Source: Trichoplax adhaerens | Taxonomy: Eukaryota; Animalia; Placozoa | NCBI RefSeq assembly: GCF_000150275.1 | Contig: NW_002060947.1 | Span: forward strand, 976,695-1,040,694 | Direction: 5' to 3' | DNA: 64,000 bases | Shown: positions 50,666-64,000 of the stretch, piece after piece | Position numbering within the stretch: the stretch's first letter is position 1 | Layout of the letters: each line of letters starts with the position of its first letter | Notes under the pieces: model-generated | Seen by the model: the letters and a program-made list of their open reading frames with translations, nothing else | Databases searched by the model: none | What the model was told of the DNA's origin: nothing | Position numbers and translations under genes: made by a program

Positions 50666-53600
50666 CTACGTAATTTTTAAGATTAGATCGAAATGTCCCG
50701 TTTGATTGTCAAAATTAAGCTGTATTTCAAAGTCATCTTCATCTTGAAAATGCTCTACGATTTGATCGTCCATATTTACAAGAATCCTAACCAAGATAAC
50801 AACTTTTTAGTACAGTACTGCATAATACCAATGAAATAAACGCTAACAAAAAAAAGTAAGCCTATAGTACCCCTTTTTTGTACGCTTGTAAACACCCGTT
50901 ATCATATCAGTTCGTACACCGTATTTTTTGGCAAGCTGAAATAAATCATGGTAATAAGTTTCTTAATTACAGTATTATTGGCCTGGACTTAGCCCATCAT
51001 TCAATAGTCAAAATTCACATACACAATCGACTAGTTCTGCTACAGTGCAGTTCTTCAGCATTAGCGCATGATATGCAGTTTCTTCTTCCTTCTTGACATA
51101 AATTGTAACAGCTATCAACAAAGATCAATAGTATGTTACTTTAATCGAAACCATGATACACATTCTGGCGTACAAAAAAATTACACAAACTACAAAACCT
51201 GGCGGAATCGGTCGCGCAACACGCGGTGTTTTTACTACAGGTGTTGCAACTTCTAGATCAGCTAATACATCCTATCGAAATCGATCGAAAAGTAATAAGT
51301 GAACACGTTAAAGGTGCCTTACAGTACTATTTCACTTGATATCACAGAATAATCTATTAAAGGGTAAGTTGGAAAATAACTTGATAATAAAGTGAATTGA
51401 ATTAATTCTAACGGTACCTTCGTTACTGCTAATGCATATGTAAATGATCGTTTATTCTCACGCTCCCTATGTAAGCAATAGTAAATCATGAAGACATTGA
51501 TACTAGACAAAGACTAGTGATACAAAAGAAGATATTTTTGTACCTAACTGTCGTAAAAAATGAGGATGAAGGATTACTTGATCCAGTAGGCGTATTATTA
51601 ACGTTTTCTAGGCGCTGAAAGACAAGCTGTTTCTTTAATACCTATGTCTTAGTCATCATAAAATTTGTAAACACTGCGAGATAAAAGATCTATTGAACAC
51701 CAACCAGTCGATTCGAAGTTTCGATATTCATGTATGGCATAAACAATACTGGTTTCGGACCTAAAGGTGTGGTTGGGGTTAGATATGTAGATGACGGCGT
51801 ACTCTCCATAATCGCCGACGATGCATCCACACTCTGAGCTAAAAGAATTAAATTGAAGAAAAGGAATTTCGTTTATTACATAAAATGAACCTGTCAGTAA
51901 ATAAAACGCAAAGTATACAAATATCCGCTGTCTTTAAAAACAAATTAAATTCATGATATAGTAAGAGTAGTAACTTACTATGTGCTTTAAGCATTTTTTG
52001 GATACGCTTCCGTGCAGTCTTTGACTCGTCCTTATTCTTTCTTTCAGCACCCTAATAAGATTTACAGATACAATTTAAAGGCAGATTGAGAATCTAAAAG
52101 AGGCACTACATTACATTGGTTGTAAGCATTACTTTGTCTCTGAATATTTTGACTTTGCAAAAGGCTCTGTGCACAGGTTCTACATCGCTAGAAGTTAGAT
52201 CTTCGTAAGTATCGATTTGCAAATGCAGAGGAATACCCTAAAATAGTAATTTGTGTCAAACGTACGGCATTGTAATGGTGCTTTCACTTAAAATACATGA
52301 TTACCTTCACGCCTTTTTGAGGAGAAAAGTCTGTGCTCAAACAATTAATACGTGCAGCAATCTATATAACGAAATTGATATTAATATCGTTAGTCGAAAA
52401 AGATAAAATGATAACAATAGATTGTTATGATTACTTTAGCATTATCGGCAGGATTCCAATAGAAGGCAACCGCATTATAAGCTATTTCTTCAATACGTTC
52501 TTCTACATTTTGACATGATTTGCGATCTAAGAAATAAAAAAGTTACGTCATATTAACATTGAATTTGGAGAAAACAATATTTTTATAGTTTTTAATTTCA
52601 ATATTTAGAAATGCTAACCTATATCAAAGGCACGTTGATTAGGATTGGGCTGCTGACTATACCAGTACTGCCAATGCGACATTTCATTATCAGGCTCTTT
52701 TTCTTCTCTGAAGACTAGATGTAGTATCGACTACATCGTGAAGAAAATATTGGTATATTACACTTTTGTGACGATACTTGCATAACTGATTTACTAAAAT
52801 ACCTTCAGACGAGTAGTTGAGGGATTAGATTCAGGTGTAGCCTCAAAATTAATATTGTAAAACTGGCCTGAAACGAGAAATGCATAAGCTAGAATATAAC
52901 TACTAGAACAAGCTATTAACTTGGCAATTCTATAATACCGTATGTCAATAATATGATTAAACAATAATTTACATAATGTATTTATAGAGTTGTAATTAGA
53001 GTATGATAAAGAATTTGTTACCTTTTCTATGCACGAATAACAATAATACTTACTCTGTTTTGTATCTACTCACTTATACATACCGCAACTGTCTGTACTA
53101 CAATATAACAGGGACTATCCTATTATTACAGTAGTGAACATTTTGTCCAACGCTTCAATAAAATAAATGGAAACTGGGATCATGTCAAATAAGCAACGGT
53201 AATGTAATTACCTTTATTGATATATGTCAATGCGTCACCAGTCCATTTATGCACTATTGATGCTGGGGCTTCCAAAGAAAATTTATACCTGAAAAATGAT
53301 TAACTCAATTAATGGACTTTAATCTAAATAAATTCTTATAGATGTTCACGATAGTTGACAAGCGGAATATTACAGTCATTGAAGCATTACTGAGTAGTCC
53401 CATTCAATATCTCAGTCATAGCCTATTGCAACTTACCTCTCTTGAGCTTGGAAGACCGTTGAAGATTTCGATGGAGAGGTAAAAGGAGGTAAAACTATAG
53501 AAGACATCTAAAGAAAAGGTATTCCTCATTTTCATTATCATCAATGAAACTTACGTAGACACTGTCAGTAACAATTAATATATTGGAAAGGTTGCGGCTG

Positions 53601-56070
53601 GTTCAAAGAATTAAGAGAATAATTTTAAATCAATAACGTACATCAGGGTCAGAATGATTTGTGGCACTCATTAAGTCACTATGGTTTAGCTCCGGCTGTG
53701 AACTTCCATCATTAGCTAAATTTCGTAGCGATGATTCTAAATCGTTGGTACACAGCGCTGGTTGATGGCTACAAGTATAAATAGGGAAAGTATTACGAGA
53801 ATTAGCGTTCTTTTACAACTGTGCAACAACAGTACGAGTATATACAGCAATGGCAATAACGATTGGTAATGAGCTTTAAATACCTTTGATTCGAATCCGG
53901 TGATTCGTCGCTTACGGATTTTACATTGCAATAATAATCCAAAAAAGTCAAATTACTATCTATATCTGTGTTACTGCTACTACCAGACAATAACACAGAT
54001 GGAGATGTTGGTGGTAAAGGTACATTTTGAAGGTAAGAATGCCAACTTCTGTTCTCCTTGGTTACAATAGGAGCACTATTGGTATTGCTATTATTACTAT
54101 CGCTATACTGAACTGGAGAGGCTTTTCGCCCTAGTTGATCAGGTATGCATGCATAGTCGGAGAGCTTTAAGTTGTCAGCTGTGCTCCTGTTGATCGCTTC
54201 ACGGCCGGCAGAGTCTTTGCGCGCATTTGAAGATGATGCTGAATCTTTTCGTGGCCTAAATTGTATATAAAATCATGTTTTGTATAAGTCGTGACGTCTA
54301 GAACGTATGCTAATACTGGTGATTGAGCCACTATACAGGTTATGACGGACAATTAACGATTAATACACGTAAGTCATCAATTCTAAAATATATGGTAAAA
54401 CTGCAATCGGAGTTCAGTCTGTGCACATACAGAGACAAAGAATTAAGTGGACTACATGATTGCGTGATTGATAACAGCTGATAGCAACGGAAGTAGCTCA
54501 TCATTGCAACTGATTGACTATAGTTCATTTATTTGAACGGTTGGTTACTAGTGAAGGCTATCAGCAGCAATGCTATGATTTAATTTGTCCATTTACGTAA
54601 TTTACAGTCATTATGGGCATAAGCTATTGCATTCTATGTAGGAACTCTCCACGGACATACAATACAGACGTTGACGCAGTCAATATTGCATGTATTTTTT
54701 CTCGGCAATTGTATTCTATTCCAATAGTAAATTCGATATTATGTACTGTACTTTTCAGCACTGCACATCTCTCAACAATTTGGTAACTTTACCGATCGCA
54801 GTTACTGTCTACACAGGTGATCGATTGTACGTTAGAAGAAATCAGGAAGGGATAAATTAATAGTTATAATATTATGTATTAGTAGTACAATATCTTACTG
54901 GCTGAAATATCCATTTGCCCTGTTGAGTAAACTATCGTACAAGCGAGAAATATTATTTTTAGTTGTTTCTACTGCAACCAGTAACGGCTTACGGACTAAG
55001 AGTAATATGAAACTGTTATTATCCGGTATCAAGTGGGTCGACACATATGGATATTAATGTAGCCTGTACAAGTATTTAAGAATCATCATTGTAATGTAGA
55101 GATGGACTGACATCAACATAGTAATGTGTACAACAGTATCTTCTTTTTAAATACTATCTATTTTTGGTTTAAGTAAAGTACTATAATTAACGATAGAGAA
55201 ACGGGTCAAATAATGGTGTGCCCCATCTAGCACGTCGAATCAGGAATTCAATTGAAAGTTACATCAACGTATGTATAAACTGTCTTGTACAATTGTAGTC
55301 CCTATCGCTATAACTATGACCGGATGAAGACCGTTGTCTACTTCTGTGCTAAGATATTTATCTGTATGTCCACCAATTTAGCTAAAGTGAATTTGAATGA
55401 TGTACATAAGACTAATATACTGTACTACTGAATATGAATAATACATTGTAAACTAGACTACTGTATGACAACACCGTAAAGTAGTGTATGCTTGAGCTCG
55501 CCTATTACAGTAGACGATCATCTCTTCTACGAGTAATATTGCAGTCATTTTGCAGTGTAAATCTACCTACAGATGAATGCATGTCTCCACAAAAACGCTG
55601 GATAAATAATAGTAATGTATGCAAGATTCACTTGCACCTATGCCGTTGTTGCAGCAGATTAATTCAATTGAAATGGATTGGCAGACCAAATAGAGTCGTA
55701 AAGTATAGCGCAGTACTGTATATCAGGTTGAAAAAGACACCAGGCGCTCATGCAATCCAACAATGTCAATCAACAAAAACAATACGAGCGCGCAAGAAAC
55801 GCTCCAGTGACAGTACTTGTAAGGTTAACTAGCAGCCATTCTGGTTGCAAGTGACGAAATAGAATCCCTATCTGATATGATTGTAACATCATCTTTCTTG
55901 ACTATTGTCATTTTTACTGAAGAATTGGACGTTTTTAGTGGATACGAATAGAATATCAAGTATTGATATGTTGTTGATCATGTACAGTAGCTGCAAGTAG
56001 AATGGGTTCTATACTGTATAGCATGATGGCAACGGGTTCAAACTTACTCTTTCTTAATTCGTGACGCCAT
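50666..56070 (-). CDS. GRHL: Grainyhead-like transcription factor (CP2 family, GRH subfamily), ~17 short exons
   Basis: [81 protein letters not shown], and C-terminal YKRTKKGILVNMDDQIVEHF. The tentative first exon MASRIKKE (56070-56048) splices in phase to 54255. Confidence 0.92.
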
Positions 56071-56267
56071 AATCACCTTGAAAATGAACGACTTCAATCA
56101 TCCAAGTATCATTCAGTAAACAACAACGACAACAGGGCCAATAACTGGATATTCTTTTCTACCTTATTAATCGATCGATGGTGGTCTTGCCTATCAAAGT
56201 AGAAGTCAACGATGCTAAAATGGCAAGAAATCTACAGACTGCCGACTGCAGCATCAGTAGCAAGTTC

Positions 56268-56445
56268 TCGTGTACACTGTACAAACTGTACAGTATGCTT
56301 GTAACTTGGATTCAAAATTTGTACTGTACACTGTACACTGTACACGGTACTGTACTGTACACTGTACAGTATGCTCATAGTGTGCAGTGTACAGTGTACA
56401 GTACAGTGGATTAAAATCTTGTACAGTACGCACTGTGTACGTAAC
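56268..56445. repeat. TGTACAC/CAGTAC low-complexity palindromic tract upstream of GRHL
   Basis: Runs of ctgtacactgtacac, with the inverted cagtgtacagtgtacag nearby. Confidence 0.75.
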
Positions 56446-58833
56446 CGTCGGTGGGCGCGGTTCAAGCAAACGACGGTAGAATATTATTGGTGGAATTTGT
56501 GTCTCATGATAGAGCTACAAGAAATAGATACAGTATGGCGATATGTTATAACAACAGGAGTGCAGTATTGCAGCAAAATGATCAATCAAGTGGTAGTAAT
56601 GTTCATAATCTATTCTACAGTACTCTACTATCATGTTGAACATGATAGATATGGGAAGAGACTCGATATAGCAGGTACAGGTTTGCATCCGCGGCGAAAA
56701 AGCGGCCAGATTGTTTCCAGTACTGTACTGTACACTGTACACTGTACTGGTCGATTGGAAACCAATCCTACAATGCATTGTACGCTCATGTACCGTACTG
56801 GACGTGCAGAAAGTTCGACTACCTTTTGTCAAAGTGCAAATTCATCTAATTAATGGACAATGTCTCTGTCAATTCTAAATTTCTATACTATACGCTAAGC
56901 GTGCATTCATCTTCATCCTCGATTCTTGCATAGAGGTGGACGCATGTTTTGCACAGATTTTGGGGGAAACGTTGCCTATTCAAAATTCCAACCGAATAAC
57001 TGACAGTATAATATTGGTTCACTCATAACTCAGTCAACGTTAATCAAATAAGAAATAAAAAATTAAGGCAAGAATCAATTTATTGGCAACTACTCGCTAG
57101 CTGATAACTAACAAAGAGAGGCAAGCATACATGAAAGACATACGGCATGGCATGTTGGAAGATTGTCATTTTGAATTTTTTCAAATGATTCATTATTTTC
57201 AAAGTTAGAATGTAAACAATGTACAGCTACCAACGACAGTATGGAATAACCAGGCCAGTAGCAGGGGTATACTGTAGTATATGGTATATTTAGTGATGAG
57301 ATGATACGTACTTCTAATCCTTCTGCTATATTCTGACAGTTATCTGCTGGAACGTAATACGATCTATACTAATAGTATTGCATAATATAGTTTTATACTG
57401 TATGTAGCATATTAAGTCATGGCGCATTGTGAGTAGACTATAAAACGAGTTGTTGGCCAATGCCACCAGGAATTGTGATTATACAGGCAGCTGGAGCTAT
57501 ATTAGTGCTTTGGAGTAATAAAGGTCCTTATTTCCATGATTAAAAGGGTGCTTGTATTGCCTGTGAAGAATCCTTAACCTCCCTAGGATCCAGTGATCAT
57601 AACATTAAGTAATAAATTCAAGCAACATATCATACTGTGCTGTACATTGCCGTCAAGTACTGCTAGATGTGATTGAGTAGCGCGCTCATCACGTAACTAT
57701 TGATCTTATGTCATGCTAATAATTAGTAATACTGTAGATAGGCTATGGTTAATCCCTGAAGTTGGACTTTGCTCATCTTTGCAATGCAGATCTTAAAGAT
57801 GACAGTACCACTTGAAGCGGCACTATTCACCGCATAGGATGATGTAAATAAAGGTAATAATTCTCGAATATTTGAACTTTATTTCGGGCATTGTGCAACT
57901 TCGAGTTAGTTCAGAACTGATTGAACTGTTTTACAAGTTGATATTGCCTACGGTAGCATCTGCAATCGATAAACGACCGTACAGTACAGTAGACTACTGA
58001 AATTGATAAAAGGTAGATCAACTTATCCGGTGAGCTGTCCCTAAGGTTTCCTATGTGCTGTAACTACAACAATTAAAGAATAGATTATCACGAGCTAGAT
58101 TCTCCTAATTTTAGAAACTTGAATCAGGAGGATCGGAAAGGAGCATTTACAGTAGTGAAATGCGATGTAGAACGCTGCAAAGTGATATCTTGTCCTTTCG
58201 TGATAATCAGGCGTAAGCTAGTACAATAAGACAAAAGTAGAAATTTTAAATATCTCCAGCGACGTCCATAGGTAGAGTACTGTACAACTAACAACATTTA
58301 CTGTAGAAAGTGCTAACAGTATCCCAAATACGAAGGGTCGTTTCCTACAGTTGAAGAGGAACTTGTTATTGTCTTAAATACGCGAACATCAGATCATGAA
58401 GTCATTAAGGAAATGAGATTTTAAGCATTAGCAAGCTCTCATATCTAAAATCGTATAGAAGTTCTAAAATTGCCCGCAATAATATTTCTACAGACGACTA
58501 TACGCGTACATGTTTTTATTTTCATGATCGAATTTTGGGTAGCGGCATGAATTCTTCCTAAAACTGGATGAGCGATTTGTACATGTAATCACCTTTTGTG
58601 ACGAGAATTATTTCATTATCCACAAAATGCAGATACTTTCAAGATCAAAATTACAAACAGCGTCAACACCATATTAAGCGCTATTTCGTACAGTATACAG
58701 ATACACTTACAATTTTCAAATAATAGTTTTACTTGGAGTTCAAAATTTTTGCAAATTTTATAATATATAATTTAATAGAGTACATTAACGACATCAGAAA
58801 AGGCCTTTTCAAAATCAATGATGCTTCTACAGT

Positions 58834-59259
58834 TTATGAGTAGTCGTCGAGCACATCATTGCATTGTCTTTCAAACTTTCTGATGTAAGATTCAACCTCA
58901 TGATCAAATCGCAACATCTGCCTTGCATTTTCTAATTTTATAACCTCTTCAAACGTCATATCATCTTCGTCTTTTGCTAATTGTATAAACGGACACTTGG
59001 AGGAATGCTTTTCATGCTCTTGAAAAGGATCGTCATTTTGTTCCCAGCCGTCGAGCTCCTTCATGCAAGCAAAGCAAGTCACACAATCTGGATAATCCGA
59101 AGTTGGCGTATGATAAAATCCTGCTTTAGCCATTTTTTCTGCTACACATTTGGATTTCCTTTTGAAGGGCCAATTTTGGAAAGTATGCAACCTTGCAACA
59201 TAACTGTGCATAGTAAAATGGACTGGAAAATTTTCCTCTATTGCTTTGGTAGAAGTCAT
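58834..59259 (-). CDS. BIRC5: Survivin (single BIR domain plus C-terminal helix), single coding exon
   Basis: RLHTFQNWPF..MAKAGF..CFACMKELDGWEQNDDPFQEHEKHSSKCPF. ATG at 59259. Confidence 0.93.
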   Translation of the reverse strand: MTSTKAIEENFPVHFTMHSYVARLHTFQNWPFKRKSKCVAEKMAKAGFYHTPTSDYPDCVTCFACMKELDGWEQNDDPFQEHEKHSSKCPFIQLAKDEDDMTFEEVIKLENARQMLRFDHEVESYIRKFERQCNDVLDDYS

Positions 59260-59373
59260 AACCAACGCAGTAATGCTTGCCAGTGGTTCCTAGTATGAAC
59301 AAATCAATCCGTAATAACCAACGCAGTAATTCTTGCCAGTGGTTCCTTGTATGAACAAATCAATCAGTAATAA
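59258..59373. repeat. 56-bp tandem duplication abutting the survivin start codon
   Basis: ataaccaacgcagtaat.cttgccagtggttcct.gtatgaacaaatcaatc.gta at 59258 and 59314. Confidence 0.9.
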
Positions 59374-59514
59374 ATAACGAAGACACTCGATAGAAATTTC
59401 AGCTTATCAAGTTGAAATGATGAAGAGATGATATTTACGTTTGCGTTATTTACGTAATGGCAAGCGAGTAACTGCTGATGATTTCTTACGAAAGAGTTGT
59501 AACGGTTTTTGTTT

Positions 59515-60195
59515 TCAGTACAGTACTGTACAGTACTAACTGTACAGTACGTCGTACACTACAGTACAGTACTGTACTGTAAGTTTATGGGTGGTTGAAT
59601 GGTTAAGCATTTGAATTAGCCGCCACCTTTCAAGACATTCATTCCATAGTAATTCATTCTGTTCGTTCACTATTGATCCACCTTCACCTTCAAGACGTTG
59701 ACACGACAGATCGAAGGCAAAACAGTACTTTTACCACAGAGGTATGAACTGCTAGATACTGTACTGTACCCGTGTACCGGTGTACGGTACCATATACTCG
59801 TGCCGTACCGCTCCGTGCCATACCGTACCGTACCGTACTGTACAAGTACTTCCCATACCATCAAGACCTTTACACTGTACGAACCGATTACAGTACTGTA
59901 CTGTACAGTGTACAGTACAGTAAATAGTAGTACTGTACAGTACAGTACGATACTGTATGTAGTAAGTACTGTAGGCCTCATAAAAGTTCAGTACCTGGAC
60001 TGGACTGGACTGGACTAACAGTACAGTACAGTAGTGTAAAAATAATAATAATTACTGACTGGATTGTACTGTACACTGTACTGTACACTCCTATAGATTT
60101 TAACTTGATATTCAGAAATGTCTCGAACGATAGCATCTACAGTACTGTATGTTTGGTTGCGCACGGTACGGTACGGCACGATACGGTACGGTACA
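59515..60195. repeat. GTAC-centred pentamer tracts (CAGTA/TACTG, GTACG/CGTAC, GGACT) in the BIRC5-ZDHHC divergent promoter
   Basis: Direct reading of 59515-59582, 59758-59845, 59888-60035 and 60060-60195. Confidence 0.75.
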
Positions 60196-60330
60196 TGGAC
60201 CACACCTTCTGTGTGGGCAACGTTGTGTTTCTTGTTTTTGCATAACAAACTCTACTTGGCAAAGCCAGAATGAATGCAGATGTAAATTACCCATCCCTAA
60301 ATAGACTAACCAACGAAACTTTCTAAACTC

Positions 60331-63300
60331 ATGTCTTCAAATCCAGAATCGAACTCACTCCTTCTACAGCTCATTAAAGCTGTAAAAAACGGGTAAATCA
60401 TTGTCGATCTTTAGCATAATCATCGATGTCTATAGTCAACAAATGCTGTACTGGACAATTTTCTTCTTCGAGGATGGGTATGCTCGACAGTCGAGAGGGT
60501 TTACTGTGGAAACAAAATTCTATAATTTGTACTATGAATTATTGATTGATAAGGAATGAATGAATAGACTATTAATGTACTATATCTGCGTCGTTATAAG
60601 CTATACTAAAGTACATGGATAGCTACCTTGGCTTAGACATCTAGTCCATTGTACTTGTTTTCCATAAATTCACATACAGTTTTACGATACTGTACACATA
60701 TCAAAATCGCTGCACCATGCGTAGACTTACAAGTAGTTTTAAAGGGTGATGCCCTGATATGTGATAGAGGAAGTATTGAATAGGTGATATGAACACCGAT
60801 AGAAACTGACCGAATTACTGTAAAATAACCACCTAAATGACAATAGCAAGATCCCTTCCAGCACTGGGGATAACGATAAAATACTATAATCTTGCGCATA
60901 AAACTATAGTATTTCTTATTAATCTAGGAAATTTTTAGAATAATAATTCTTTATTTATAACATTGTTCAGAGTTTGTAAAAACCGTATTGATTCGATTGA
61001 ATAATTTTATATCATTAATAGGGATGTGAAAATGTGTAAATGTATAATCGATGGTAGTTGTAACGGCAACTTAGTCAGTGAATTGGATCAGCATGGATAC
61101 AGTGCGTTGCATTGGGCGTGCATCGCTGGTCATTCAGAGGTCGTACAATATTTAATTGATCTCGGTGCTAATATTGATTGTGCTAGTATGAGTAAACTAA
61201 GTGTGAAGCCCATTCATTGTGCGTGCACATATGGGCATACACTGTCGGTGGAAATGTTGTTTCAAGCTGGTGCCGATATTAATGCCAAAGACAGTTATGG
61301 ACGAACACCACTGATTACTGCTGTTCAGAATGATTATACGCTGTTGGTAGCGTATTTGACTACTAAAAGGGCTGCAATCGACCTTACGGATATACATGGT
61401 GAAACGCCCTTACATTGGGCGGCTCACAAAGGTTGTATCAGCTGATCTCTTTAAGTTTAGCTTCGATGGATAAAAGTATTAATGATACCTATCTACAAAT
61501 TAAATTGAAATATTACTGTAGTACTTTGCTTTGAATTAGCCAGAAACTTGTTGCATAGTAATCGAAACTTATAACTCATAGAAAAGAGGGATTATACACT
61601 TTGATTTAGTGCCAGTAGTTAGAAATTTACTAATTTCTTGCAGTATCTGAAATGTGCAAGATATCCGTAATAATATATTACTGATGGCAATACTCTACAT
61701 AGGTTGTAGAGATATAACCAGAATTCTTATAAATGAAGGAGCTGACCCGAATGCAAAGGATAATTTCGATCAGGTTCACTTGATTTTTAGCAAATAAAAT
61801 AAGCATTCAATGAATATTTTATTTTATGGATTACTTAAGTATATTTATCATCTTTCATCGTAAAAACGATCTCTGCAAATTTTTCCCATAAAAATTAAAT
61901 TTCTTGAATTTTATACTGTATATCTACTCTTCTTGCGTCAATAATGTCGTATTTTTTTACCAGACACCACTCCATTTGGCTGCATCACATGGTAGTGTTG
62001 TAGTTGTAGAGATGGTTGCTAATGCCGTGAGTTCATTTCTTATTTCAGATTATTGTCTTGTCTTGAATTTACATATTTACATATTAAGTAATTCTGCCTT
62101 TAAAAATTTGTCGTGTATTCACTAATATAGGGAGGTAGTGTTACTAGTTTAACGGAAGATGGCTTAAACCCAATTGATGTTGCTGAAAAGAAAAAAAATG
62201 ATGCAGCTGCCGATTATCTGAAAATGTTGAAATCTGGAGGGTGTGGTTTTCTTAATTGTAATTGGAGGTGAATGCTTTCTCTATTTATTTAAATTTTAAT
62301 GGTAATTGGAGAGGTAATTTTAGTGCGAATTTATGATATTAATTTTCATATTGACGAATTTCAATAAATTGATAATTAGAACAATTATAACTGGACCTAG
62401 CAGAGAAACCTATCTCCCTGTTGGTTTCATGCTTATCACATTATTCTGTATGGGCTATCCAATGTATGCCTTGAAGGTAGATATATTCATATGTTATTGA
62501 AATTGATTACTCCACTTAATGTAATAGAAAGTATTAGCATCAGTAGTCAATGATTGAATTTTAATAATTACATAATTTGGTTAAAGTAATGTTAATTTTT
62601 TGTTATAGCTGTATCGTTACGTCATATCAACAGCACCTCGGATACATGTAGTCTTTCTTCTATCCAATACGACATTATGGCTATTTTTATTGCTTACTTA
62701 TTACACAAACCCAGGATATATTCCGAAAAAGACTGGATTCTACGAGAAGGCACTTAAGGAAGTAAGACAGTACTGTTAATATTTCATTAAAAATATCGAT
62801 AACTTTGAAATCATTTCTCTTGATACTAAGAATATGAATGATTAAAAGGTACATAAATATGATGGATGTACACTAAACAAGAACCCTTTACAACGCCTCT
62901 GTCATACATGTAAAATAATAAAGCCGTTACGTGCGAAACACTGTCGAGTATGCAATAGATGCGTTGGCCATTTCGACCATCACTGTCCCTATGTTTTAAA
63001 TTGCGTTGGTTACAGAAATCGGTAAAATTGTATAGGAGTAGTTTACTATACAAACTGACATAACTCATATGATGTGCATGCAAACAATTGGTACTAGCTT
63101 TTGTTGATATATCATTTTTTGTGATAGTGCCTTTTTCCTAGTTTTTGTCGCATCATGCTATGTTGCATGTAGTATTGTAGTATACTATGCAATACATGCA
63201 ATCAGGACGGAAGGATTTTCTTGGATATTGAGCGCATTTATATTCCACTTTTCCCTGCTCGATTTTATGCTTTTAGGATTACTACTTTCTCACGTATGTA

Positions 63301-63597
63301 ACTGTTGACAACTGTATTTCTACGTACTATCTTGCCATGTATGTTAATACGTCAATTCATTTTATTGACTTCATCTCCTTTAATTTTTTGTCTCTACTAT
63401 AGATTTACTTGGCCGCGGCAAACTTAACAACCAACGAATATTTGAATTCATCACGATACCCCTATCTCCGTAGTTCATCGGGATTGTATCGAAATCCTTT
63501 TCATCGTGGATTACTGTACAACTGTTGTGAGCACTTTCATTTGATTCGTCCTTTCAAATTTGATAACTTGGGTGATAATGGAAAAAAAAATATTTAA
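60331..63597 (+). CDS. Ankyrin-repeat DHHC palmitoyltransferase (ZDHHC13/17, Akr1-like), ~10 exons
   Basis: Ankyrin repeats ([34 protein letters not shown]), TM helices, [56 protein letters not shown]. Confidence 0.93.
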
Positions 63598-64000
63598 AAG
63601 TAATTGTTTATCAGCAGTAGATATACATGCAGGTACTGATATTCTTTCTGCTTGTAATACAACATTGCATGTTTGGGCATTTTAATCTAAAACTTTTCAG
63701 TCTATTGCAACCACTGAAACACAGTATTCGCTAGTAATTGACTAGTGTTGATAACGATGAAATGATTATTCCTTCTGGAGTAACTCATCTAGAACTTGAT
63801 GATAATAATGGTCAATTTTGTATTTATTTCAATTTCTCAGAAACTTATTACATATATCACTAATAGAGTACATGAAATGTACATCAATAGTCATAAACTT
63901 TAATGATACAGCTGGTAATATTATTGTAACTTCTCACTGAACATTGAACAGGATTGTTAAGCATGGCACGTATCATGGTGTAGGCTATATGGCATATTAG

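Noticed and set aside
56178-56853. Overlapping C/T/V/Y-rich ORFs (also 59670-60294 and 30998-31402)
   Set aside because: Translations of low-complexity GTAC and GA repeats.

Overview
AT-rich, intron-containing eukaryotic DNA. The gene content (Grainyhead, survivin, clan-3 P450s, microsomal epoxide hydrolases) and compact introns indicate an early-branching animal, possibly a placozoan such as Trichoplax; this is inference, not verified. Left to right: the 3' end of a divergent importin-alpha-like gene, a convergent and disrupted importin-alpha-like paralog, two intronless clan-3 CYPs, an AVT3/SLC36-type amino-acid transporter, TRAPPC2, two tandem EPHX1-type epoxide hydrolases, a third CYP (an inverted paralog of the second), MRPS21, PGM2, a Grainyhead-like TF, survivin and an ankyrin-DHHC palmitoyltransferase. 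Main highlights: (1) a ~28-kb island of 3 CYPs and 2 epoxide hydrolases, whose paralogs differ mainly at substrate-contacting regions; (2) a 100-bp tandem array upstream of the third CYP carrying 7-8 nuclear-receptor DR1-like elements (AGGTCA-A-AGTTTG), plus a proximal DR1/ERRE-like site; (3) a U12-type intron with hybrid AT-AG ends in TRAPPC2; (4) distinct tandem-repeat arrays just upstream of most genes; (5) a 27-bp palindrome with a 7-bp target-duplication-like flank, resembling a transposon excision footprint. Exon structures were spliced by hand, so boundaries may be off by a few nt.
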